This document shows, piece by piece, positions 19,998-27,905 of a DNA stretch of 64,000 nt (its first letter is position 1; every line of letters begins with the position of its first letter). The DNA comes from an uncultured Ectothiorhodospiraceae bacterium (GTDB lineage Bacteria; Pseudomonadota; Gammaproteobacteria; UBA9214), in assembly GCA_947258615.1 (NCBI GenBank), contig CAMYIX010000043.1, positions 1,825 to 65,824 on the forward strand, read 5' to 3'. Under the pieces are notes generated by a model. The model was not told the origin of the DNA. It searched no databases and saw nothing but the letters and a program-made list of their open reading frames with translations. Both the position numbers and the translations under genes were made by a program.

Positions 19998-20696
19998 CTA
20001 CTTGAACAGGTACTCGCGCTGGCCGGCATACGGGGTGGCGGGCGCCGGATAGGTAGAACCGCCGGTCGCGGGGGGCGCCGGATAGGGGGAGCCGCCGGTC
20101 GCCGGGGCTGGTGACGCTTTGCTTGCCTCTTCGAGTTTCTTGATGCGTTGTTTCAGGCGCTCGATTTCAGCGGCATCGGGATCGGCCTGGGGGGCGGAAT
20201 AAGCCGGGGCGGCGCCGTAGCCACCCGGGGCAGCGTAGCCGCCCGGAGCACCGTAGCCACCCGGGGCAGCGTAGCCGCCCGGAGCGCCGTAACCGCCAGG
20301 GGCAGCGTAGCCGCCCGGTGCGCCGTAGCCACCCGGTGCGCCGTAGCCACCCGGATCGCCATAGCCGCCCGGGGCGCCGTAGCCGCCCGGGGCGCCGTAG
20401 CCGCCCGGGGCGCCGCCGTAACCACCCGGGGCACCACCGTAACCGTATCCCGGTGCCCCGCCGTAGCCATAGCCGGGTTCGCCGCCGTATCCCGGTGCTC
20501 CGCCGTAGCCATAGCCGGGTTCGCCACCGTAACCATAACCCGGTGGTGGGCCATCGTAGTAATCGTCATCCTTGTTGCCACCCATCCATTCAGAGGGGTT
20601 CATCATGTTGCCGAAGTCGAAGGCAGCGGCCGGGTTGGCGAGTAGCAAACCGGTTGCCATAAGAAGTCCACTGATTGTGTGTGCTGGATAGCGCAT
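19998..20696 (-). CDS. Secreted Gly/Tyr/Pro-repeat protein with C-terminal coiled-coil segment (sulfur-globule-protein-like)
   Basis: Signal peptide MRYPAHTISGLLMATGLLLANPAAA, then about 25 repeats of the type (A/E)PG(G)YG(G), then EIERLKQRIKKLEEASKA, then a Pro-rich tail. Confidence 0.7.
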   Translation of the reverse strand: MRYPAHTISGLLMATGLLLANPAAAFDFGNMMNPSEWMGGNKDDDYYDGPPPGYGYGGEPGYGYGGAPGYGGEPGYGYGGAPGYGYGGAPGGYGGAPGGYGAPGGYGAPGGYGDPGGYGAPGGYGAPGGYAAPGGYGAPGGYAAPGGYGAPGGYAAPGGYGAAPAYSAPQADPDAAEIERLKQRIKKLEEASKASPAPATGGSPYPAPPATGGSTYPAPATPYAGQREYLFK

Positions 20697-20858
20697 GGTC
20701 TAGCTCCTCAGATAAATGGGCGATGCCGCTGCGGGCGAACGAGACGGTCCCCGTCATGAGGACGCGAATGGATATTGATTACCCTTATCGCACTTGAGGG
20801 ACAAGACGTCAAATCATTCAGCTTGCAAGCCGGGGAGCGTTATATATGCCGGTCCAGA

Positions 20859-21077
20859 TCAGTAATGGGGTGGCGGTGTTTCCTCTTCGGGCTGTGCCAG
20901 GTTGGCTGGCAATCGTGTCCTGATTATGGTCTCGAGCCGCTTGATGGTTTCAGCCTGCTCTGCCACCAGTCGTTCCTGCTTGAGCAGGGTGTCCGTCAGC
21001 TCATCAAGCGCGGCCTCCTGGTGCATGAGCCGGGTTTCCAGTGCCTCGATTCGGGAAGTCAGTTCGGTGTCGGTCAT
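20859..21077 (-). CDS. slyX: SlyX family protein
   Basis: From ATG at 21077 the protein reads MTDTELTSRIEALETRLMHQEAALDELTDTLLKQERLVAEQAETIKRLE. At 72 aa it has the typical SlyX length and coiled coil. Confidence 0.75.
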   Translation of the reverse strand: MTDTELTSRIEALETRLMHQEAALDELTDTLLKQERLVAEQAETIKRLETIIRTRLPANLAQPEEETPPPHY

Positions 21078-21231
21078 GGTCCGCTGCTGGTGTCGGGGTT
21101 GTCGGTATTGGGGCCCTGCAGATGCCGGGCATGGCCATTGTACCTCCTGGTGCGCCGGGGGTGAGCGTGGCATTGAGCCCCTGGAATCTTTAGTATTGTC
21201 GACGCAAGGACACCACAGACTGGAGAGACAG

Positions 21232-21858
21232 ATGAGTGATGCACTGAATTACCTGATTGCCGCCCGGCCCGATGCCATTACGCCGTACTTCAAGTTTCTG
21301 AAGGAGGCCGGCAAGAACCTGGATATACGCACCCGGGACCTGATATCGGTAATTACCAAGGTCGATGCCCAGACCGAAGGCGGGTTCCGCCAGTACCTGA
21401 CCCGGGCCCTGCGCAACGGTGCCAGTCCCAACGAGGTCATCGACGCCCTGTTGATGGCGTTCCCCACGCTGGGACTGGCAAAGATCGTCTGGGCCGTGGA
21501 CATTCTGCTGGACATGGACATCCCGGAGTTCCGCCCGGAGAACCTGTTTGCTGAGCCCTCCTGGCACACCGTCGGTAAGCTTTCCGATCTGCCGAGCGGC
21601 GAGATCACTTACCGGGACTGCGATGGGCGCAGCCTGTATATCTACCGGGATGCCGATGTACTGCGTGTCTATGACAGCCGCTGTCCCCACCAGGTCACTA
21701 ACATCCCGCACCTGGCCCTCGAAGGGACTCGCCTGACCTGTCCCAAACACAAGTGGGCGTTCGACGTGACCACCGGTGAGTGTGTCGAGGTCGGCAACCG
21801 GCCGCTGACCGAGTTCGAACACAAGCTCGAGGGCGATACCCTGCGAGTGTTCTGGTAG
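21232..21858 (+). CDS. Carboxymuconolactone decarboxylase (AhpD-like) domain fused to a Rieske [2Fe-2S] domain
   Basis: GGAGAG RBS before ATG at 21232. The N-terminal half is CMD-like (DLISVITKVDAQTEGGFRQYLTRALRNGASPNEVIDALL). The C-terminal half carries CPH...17 aa...CPKH Rieske ligands. Confidence 0.75.
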   Translation: MSDALNYLIAARPDAITPYFKFLKEAGKNLDIRTRDLISVITKVDAQTEGGFRQYLTRALRNGASPNEVIDALLMAFPTLGLAKIVWAVDILLDMDIPEFRPENLFAEPSWHTVGKLSDLPSGEITYRDCDGRSLYIYRDADVLRVYDSRCPHQVTNIPHLALEGTRLTCPKHKWAFDVTTGECVEVGNRPLTEFEHKLEGDTLRVFW

Positions 21859-21877
21859 GCCGACAGGGCACCGGGCC

Positions 21878-22831
21878 ATGACCCGTGCGGATGCCCGGCC
21901 ACAGGTGGCCGTGAGCAGCTGCCTGCTCGGCAATCCGGTGCGCTATGACGGCAATCACACCCGCTACAACTGGCTGGTAGATACGCTTGGCCGGTTCGTC
22001 GATTTCGTTCCCCTGTGCCCGGAGGTGGCCATCGGCCTCGGGGTGCCGCGCAACCCGGTCCAGCTGACCGGTGATCCGCTACAGCCGCGCGTGCAGGGTG
22101 TGGTCGAACCCGATCTCGATGTAACCGATGCCCTGCGGTCACAGGGGCAGAAGGTGGCCGGGTCACTCGACAGGGTCGCCGGCTATGTCTTCAAAAATCG
22201 TTCGCCCAGCTGCGGCCTGTTCCGGGTCAAGGTGCGTACACCAACTGGTGTGGTGCGCAAGGGGCGCGGGGTCTACGCGGCTGCGATACTCGAGGCCTGT
22301 CCGCATCTGCCCGTCGAGGAGGAGGGCCGCCTGAACGACGCGCTGTTAAGGGAAAACTTTGTCAGCCGCCTGTATGCCTGGCAGCGCTGGCTGGCGCTGC
22401 GCGAGGCCGGACTGACCGCGGAAAGCCTGCTGGACTTCCACGCGCGGCACAAGTACCTGGTGATGGCACATTCACAGGCTGCCTACCAGCGGCTGGGACG
22501 GCTGCTGTCGCAACTCCGGGGCGTCGACATCGATGTGGTGGCCCAAAGCTACCTGGACGAGTTCATGCCGGCCCTGGCGCGTCGTGTCAGTCCGGGACGT
22601 CACGCCAATGTCCTGCATCACATCACGGGTTACCTGAAGCGCCGTATCGGGCCGGATGACAAGGCCGAGCTGGTGTCCGTGATCGATGCCTATCGCTGTG
22701 GTGAGGTGCCGCTGGTGGTGCCGGTTACGCTGCTAAGACACCATTTCCGCTGCCATCCGGACGACTACATCGGACTGCAATGGTATTTGTGGCCCTATCC
22801 TGACGAACTGGGTCTGCGCAACTTGCTGTGA
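21878..22831 (+). CDS. DUF523 + DUF1722 domain protein (YbgA family)
   Basis: VAVSSCLLGNPVRYDGNH...PLCPEVAIGLGVPR, then LLDFHARHKYLVMAHS, 317 aa. Confidence 0.8.
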   Translation: MTRADARPQVAVSSCLLGNPVRYDGNHTRYNWLVDTLGRFVDFVPLCPEVAIGLGVPRNPVQLTGDPLQPRVQGVVEPDLDVTDALRSQGQKVAGSLDRVAGYVFKNRSPSCGLFRVKVRTPTGVVRKGRGVYAAAILEACPHLPVEEEGRLNDALLRENFVSRLYAWQRWLALREAGLTAESLLDFHARHKYLVMAHSQAAYQRLGRLLSQLRGVDIDVVAQSYLDEFMPALARRVSPGRHANVLHHITGYLKRRIGPDDKAELVSVIDAYRCGEVPLVVPVTLLRHHFRCHPDDYIGLQWYLWPYPDELGLRNLL

Positions 22832-22870
22832 GTGTTTCGCTGTGAGCAGGGTATAGCAGGATGCGGGGGC

Positions 22871-22901
22871 GCGCCCTCGCTCGCATCACGAGTGAGGGCG
22901 C
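22871..22901. terminator. Hairpin between convergent genes (candidate bidirectional terminator)
   Basis: gcgccctcgctcg-catca-cgagtgagggcgc: a 13-bp stem with one mismatch. Confidence 0.45.
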
Positions 22902-22964
22902 GTTGAGCCGCTACTGCTCAGTGCCCGAAGTGAAACGGTTGCAGGGACCCTGGCTGCGATCAGC

Positions 22965-23450
22965 TCAGTTGCCCATACCGAAGCCGGAACCGCTGCCGTG
23001 ACGCGGGCCGCGCCCGTAGCCACTGCCGTCACGCGGGCCGCGGCCGTAACCCGGGCCATAACCGCGCTCGCCGGGATTGCCCATGCCGAAGCCGGAGCCG
23101 CTGCCGTCACGCGGGCCGCGCCCGTAGCCGGGACCATAGCCGGGCTCGCCGCGGTTGCCCATGCCGAAGCCGGACCCGCTGCCGTCCGCCGGGCCGCGCC
23201 CGTAATCGCCGCCACCGGGGCCGCGTCCGTAGCCCGGTCCGTAACCGCGCTCGCTGCGGTTGCCCATGCCGAAGCCGGACCCGCTGCCGTCCGCCGGGCC
23301 ACGTACGTAGCCCGGGCCGTAGCCCGGGCCGTAGCTGCTGTCCGGGCGTTTACTGCCGCTGCCCATGCCCATGCCGGCCTCAACCGCGTTGAAATACAAG
23401 GTCCCGCTTATGGCGAGGGCTGTCAGAATGCTGGTGCTCAATGGTTTCAA
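22965..23450 (-). CDS. Secreted Gly-rich repeat protein (sulfur-globule-protein-like)
   Basis: Signal peptide MKPLSTSILTALAISGTLYFNAVEA, then four long repeats RGP(A/R)DGSGSGFGMGN(R/P).E(R/P)GYGPGYG. The protein is 161 aa. Confidence 0.7.
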   Translation of the reverse strand: MKPLSTSILTALAISGTLYFNAVEAGMGMGSGSKRPDSSYGPGYGPGYVRGPADGSGSGFGMGNRSERGYGPGYGRGPGGGDYGRGPADGSGSGFGMGNRGEPGYGPGYGRGPRDGSGSGFGMGNPGERGYGPGYGRGPRDGSGYGRGPRHGSGSGFGMGN

Positions 23451-23631
23451 GGTGGATTCTCCCCTGTTATTAGGTTTTTTCCCCTGCGGCAGTTGCCGGC
23501 CGATGTAAGGAATGCAACTGTGGATAAGCCGGGTTTCGTTTTCCCCGGCAGCAACCGGATCATGCGCCGCCCGTGTCCGGGATGCAAAACATTCCTGTCA
23601 ATACCACACCAATGGCGGGGTGGCGCCGCCC

Positions 23632-24813
23632 CTAGAGATCAATGGAGACAGATGCCGAGGCCTGGCGTGCCTTGTGCAGCGCGGCCTCGATACTGTCACC
23701 TCGCGCCAGCACCACGCCCATACGGCGCTGGCCGCTGACTTCGGGTTTGCCGAACAGGCGTAGCTGAGTGTCGGTTTCGGCGAGTACCTGCCCTAGGTCG
23801 CCGAAACCCACCCGCCGTGACCCGCCATCCACCAGGATGACACTGGAGGCGGATGGCCCATGCAGGCGGATATTGGGTACGGGCAGGCCCAGGATGGCGC
23901 GCGCATGCAGGGCGAATTGCGACAGGTCCTGGGAGATCATGGTGACCATGCCTGTATCATGGGGTCGTGGCGAGACCTCGCTGAAGATTACCTCGTCGCC
24001 CTTGATGAACAATTCCACGCCAAAGATGCCGCGGCCTCCCAGAGCCGCGGTGATCTTGCCGGCGATAGCGCGGGCCGCGGCCTGGGCCGCCGGGCTCATC
24101 GGCTGGGGTTGCCAGGACTGGCGGTAGTCGCCGTCGACCTGTACATGGCCGATGGGCTCGCAGTAACTGGTCCCGGTCGCGTGGCGCAGGGTCAACTGGG
24201 TGATTTCGTAATCGAAGTCCACGAAGCCCTCGACGATGACCTTGCCGGCACCGGTGCGGCCACCGCCCTGGGCATACATCCAGGCCGGGTCGATATCGGC
24301 GGCCTGCCTGAGGGTGCTCTGGCCCTTGCCGGAGGAACTCATGATGGGCTTGACCACGCAGGGCAGGCCGATGTCCGCAACGGCCTGGTCGAATTCCGCG
24401 CGGGTCGCGGCGAAGCGGTAGGCTGAGGTGCGGATGCCCAGTTCCTCGGCGGCCAGCCGGCGTATCCCCTCGCGGTTCATGGTCAGGCGGGTGGCACGCG
24501 CGGTCGGGATGACGGTGTAGCCCTCTGCTTCCAGCTCGACCAGGGTGTCGGTGGCGATAGCCTCGATCTCCGGGACGATGTAGTGCGGTTGTTCCTGTTC
24601 GATCACTGCCCGCAAGGCGGCACCGTCCAGCATGGACAGAGTGTGGCTGCGATGCGCCACCTGCATGGCGGGCGCGTTCGCATAGCGGTCGACCACGATC
24701 GTTTCAACGCCGAGTCGCTGCAGTTCGATGACGACCTCTTTGCCGAGTTCGCCACCCCCGCAGAGCAGCACGCGGGTTGCGGAAGGGGATAAGGGGGTGC
24801 CTATGGTTGTCAT
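23632..24813 (-). CDS. purT: Formate-dependent phosphoribosylglycinamide formyltransferase
   Basis: From ATG at 24813 the protein reads [57 protein letters not shown], 393 aa. A TATAAT hexamer lies on the minus strand at 24847-24852. Confidence 0.9.
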   Translation of the reverse strand: MTTIGTPLSPSATRVLLCGGGELGKEVVIELQRLGVETIVVDRYANAPAMQVAHRSHTLSMLDGAALRAVIEQEQPHYIVPEIEAIATDTLVELEAEGYTVIPTARATRLTMNREGIRRLAAEELGIRTSAYRFAATRAEFDQAVADIGLPCVVKPIMSSSGKGQSTLRQAADIDPAWMYAQGGGRTGAGKVIVEGFVDFDYEITQLTLRHATGTSYCEPIGHVQVDGDYRQSWQPQPMSPAAQAAARAIAGKITAALGGRGIFGVELFIKGDEVIFSEVSPRPHDTGMVTMISQDLSQFALHARAILGLPVPNIRLHGPSASSVILVDGGSRRVGFGDLGQVLAETDTQLRLFGKPEVSGQRRMGVVLARGDSIEAALHKARQASASVSIDL

Positions 24814-24969
24814 GGCTCTGTCCTGCCGGATAGGGGAAAGCGCCTGATTATAGGGGATTTGCCAGGCGCATCGCGGCAACCGGGCCCTGTTTGTCAAGAA
24901 ACGCAATATCTGCGGCCTTCAAGGCGGGTTCCGGTTTACCGGTAATAACTTTTGCGTCACTATTGATTC

Positions 24970-25695
24970 ATGAATACCGAGATACCCGTCAATACCGAAT
25001 CCGGACGCCGCCGCAGCGGGTTCAGGATCTTCCTCATCGTTCTGGTCACCATGCTGGTCACGGCGGGTATCACGCTCTGGGCCGTTAAATATTTCCTGTT
25101 TCCCTCGGAGTTCCGGCCGGTTGAATTATCGACCCAGGAGGAGCAGGTACTCAACGACAAGCTCGAGCGGCTGGACTCGATGCAATACGCGAGTCGCAAG
25201 CAGCGCCGGGAAGAACGGGCGGGTAGCCAGGACCCGGCCGAGCCTGCCGTTCCCGCTGAACCGGAGATGCTCAAACCGGAAGCTTACAGCGAGGAAGGCG
25301 CCGACCGGGTCATCACCCTGAGCGAGCGCGAGCTCAACGCCTTGCTGGCGAAGAATACCGACCTTGCCAGAAAGCTGGCCATCGATCTCTCTGATGACCT
25401 GGTCAGCGCGAAGCTGCTGGTGCCGGTTGACGAGGATTTCCCGATCATGGGCGGCCAGATACTCAAGGTGAGGGCCGGTGTCGAACTTGCCTACCAGGAT
25501 GAACGGGCCGTGGTGATCCTGAAAGGGGTAAGCATTATGGGGGTACCGATCCCGAATGCCTGGCTGGGCGGCCTCAAGAACATCGACCTGGTGGAACAGT
25601 ACGGTACCGATGCCGGGTTCTGGAAGTCGTTCTCGGACGGGGTGCAGGATATCCGCATCGCGGACGGCAGCCTGCAAATTGAACTGAAGGAATAA
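24970..25695 (+). CDS. Hypothetical N-terminally membrane-anchored protein
   Basis: 241-aa ORF with a single TM helix (IFLIVLVTMLVTAGITLWAV). No family recognised. Confidence 0.55.
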   Translation: MNTEIPVNTESGRRRSGFRIFLIVLVTMLVTAGITLWAVKYFLFPSEFRPVELSTQEEQVLNDKLERLDSMQYASRKQRREERAGSQDPAEPAVPAEPEMLKPEAYSEEGADRVITLSERELNALLAKNTDLARKLAIDLSDDLVSAKLLVPVDEDFPIMGGQILKVRAGVELAYQDERAVVILKGVSIMGVPIPNAWLGGLKNIDLVEQYGTDAGFWKSFSDGVQDIRIADGSLQIELKE

Positions 25696-25722
25696 GGGCG
25701 CGGTCCCGCGCCTGATACCGAA

Positions 25723-26550
25723 TCAATAGGCCTGCTGCTGGGGAACCTTGATCTCCTCGATGTCCTGGTTCCGGTAAGAGAACGCGAAGGTGCCACCGTA
25801 CTTGCGGCGTTCGAAATGCATCCCTGCCGATGACACGCGGGTCAGCAGGACCTGCTGCTCTGTACTGTTCTTGCGTTTCACCTTGACGACCTTGCCGATG
25901 TAGTCCTTGGCCTCGGAAAGCTCGATCGGCACATAGACCAGATTGAATTTCCGGGGCCTGGTGGATCTGGGCTTCGGGCTTGCAGTGTCGAGTGTCGCAG
26001 TTGACGTGATCTGAGTGCGCATTTTCTCCAGGGCCTCCCGGTCCTCAGCGCTGAGGTCTTCTTTCTCCATGAGATCAAGAATCTCCTTCTGCAGTTTTTG
26101 CCGGTCTGCATCGGACATGGTGGTCTCATTCTGGTTGATGAAGCGGCGCATCAACTCGAGTTTTTTCACATCATCTTCGCCCGGATTGGAGTTCTCGATG
26201 AAATCAAGCCCGCTATTCATGTAGGCCAGTGCCTGTTCCTGGGTCAGGCTCTTGTCATGTATACCCTGGTTGACGACCAGTCCTGTGCGCACCATCTCCC
26301 AGCCACCCCAGGCGGTGAAGACATACAGGCCCAGCCCGACAGCTGCGATGAACGAGGTGATATAGGCAAGGAAGGGCTGCTTGTCTTCCCGCCAGTAGAT
26401 GATGCCGTAAATGGTGGCCGTGATCGGGGAGAGCAGCAGTACCGCCAGACCCCAGAGGATGCTGCGCTTGAATGCCCTGACGAGAAGCCAGATCAGGGCG
26501 ATAAATGCGACCACTCCGAACAGCGATGCCAGAAGATTCAGTGTTTCCAT
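25723..26550 (-). CDS. Hypothetical membrane protein (about 4 TM helices plus charged cytoplasmic tail)
   Basis: From ATG at 26550 the protein reads METLNLLASLFGVVAFIALIWLLV.... No family recognised. Confidence 0.55.
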   Translation of the reverse strand: METLNLLASLFGVVAFIALIWLLVRAFKRSILWGLAVLLLSPITATIYGIIYWREDKQPFLAYITSFIAAVGLGLYVFTAWGGWEMVRTGLVVNQGIHDKSLTQEQALAYMNSGLDFIENSNPGEDDVKKLELMRRFINQNETTMSDADRQKLQKEILDLMEKEDLSAEDREALEKMRTQITSTATLDTASPKPRSTRPRKFNLVYVPIELSEAKDYIGKVVKVKRKNSTEQQVLLTRVSSAGMHFERRKYGGTFAFSYRNQDIEEIKVPQQQAY

Positions 26551-26882
26551 GGTGATCCCTTGATCCTTGTTGCAGCAAAAACATACATTCGCCGGGAAGA
26601 TTATCAGGTGTATCGGTCGCCCGTGCATATAGCTTTAAGGAAGTGTCCCTGGCCAGGCCGCCGCGGGAAGATCTCTGGGCAGGATTCCGTGTCCAAATGA
26701 GAATAATTCACAATCAGTGCGCGGTTAAATCCTCCATTCCCGGCGCTGCTGCTGTTTAAAATTTTCTATCGGCCCATATTCCCACCTTGGACTATGGATT
26801 AATAAGTTACTGAAGTAATAGGTTATATTAATATTTTTTTCGTTCTTGCCCGGGTGATTCGATATTCGTTCGCTGGCGAGGC

Positions 26883-26911
26883 TTGACTTGTTGGCATATT
26901 GGTAAATAATA
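26883..26911 (+). promoter_or_regulatory. Candidate sigma-70 promoter for the YceI-family gene
   Basis: TTGACT (26883-26888), a 17-nt spacer, then ATAATA. It sits in an AT-rich divergent intergenic region about 35 nt upstream of the ATG at 26946. Confidence 0.3.
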
Positions 26912-26945
26912 AAATTCTAATGCGTTTTTTTACAGGAGTAGATCT

Positions 26946-27620
26946 ATGAACGCGATCCGATTATTGCGGCGCCTGGCACTGGCCATGTTTTTGTTGCAGG
27001 GCTCGGCGGCGCTGGTGGCTGCCGAAGAAGAGGACCTGTGCGAACCCTTCCTGAACAGCAAGGTCGATGCGTCCCTGATGGCCTCGATGCTGACAGCTGC
27101 CGAGAATGGCCAACTCTATCGCATCAATCAGGAGAGCTCACAGGTCGGATTCTGCGTGGACAGCCAGCTGTCACGCGTCGAGGGGTCGTTCCGCGACTTC
27201 CGCGGCGGCCTCGCGCTTGATTCCGGTACAAGCAGCGATGGACAGGCCATGGTCGTCATCAGGACCGACAGCGTGGATACGGACGCTACCTTGATCAAGC
27301 AGCTGCTCAAGGGTGACAGCTTCTTCGATGTCGAGAACAACCCGGAAATCCTGTTCGTCAGTACGGGCTTTGAATGGACCAGCGCCACTACGGCCAAGCT
27401 GGAAGGGGATATCACCCTGCGAGGCGTGACCCGCCCCGTGGTCTTTGATGTGACCTTGACCGAAATTACCCAGGCCAGTAAAGACGCAGATAAAAAGATA
27501 CTGGTCAAAGCGACCACCATCCTCAACCGCACGGATTTTGGCATGACCTCGCTCACCTCGCTGGTCAGCGACAATGTCAGGCTTTGCATGAGCGTCGAGG
27601 CGACCCGGTACAAGTCCTGA
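26946..27620 (+). CDS. YceI family periplasmic protein
   Basis: A signal peptide is followed by VEGSFRDFRGGLALD...LLKGDSFFDVENNPEILFVS...LEGDITLRGVTRPVVFDV. Confidence 0.8.
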   Translation: MNAIRLLRRLALAMFLLQGSAALVAAEEEDLCEPFLNSKVDASLMASMLTAAENGQLYRINQESSQVGFCVDSQLSRVEGSFRDFRGGLALDSGTSSDGQAMVVIRTDSVDTDATLIKQLLKGDSFFDVENNPEILFVSTGFEWTSATTAKLEGDITLRGVTRPVVFDVTLTEITQASKDADKKILVKATTILNRTDFGMTSLTSLVSDNVRLCMSVEATRYKS

Positions 27621-27905
27621 TCGCCCGATCCCGTTTCTGTTAAACGGCCCGGCCTGCATGTGCCGGGCCATCTCCCGGCAGTCCACAGCCAGTCTCACAA
27701 TCCCTCCGCTTTCCCCGTTTGTCCTGCGGAACAGCGCGCTCAATTTCCGATTTTCTGTTTTTCTGCCAACGGCTGGCATGCCCCGGTTCAGGTCCCCTGA
27801 CGCCCTTGTCTCATGTTTGAACAAGTGCGCTGGTCCAATTCAGGTTTCCAGGACTTTAGTCGTTAATGTATAGGACAAAAAAATCGTGCTGTGTAAGGGA
27901 CAATC

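Noticed and set aside
20148-20662. Alternative-frame and opposite-strand ORFs across the Gly/Tyr repeat gene (for example 165 aa, 142 aa, 114 aa)
   Set aside because: These are repeat-driven open frames. Only the minus-strand frame at 19998-20696 has a signal peptide and a coherent start and stop context.
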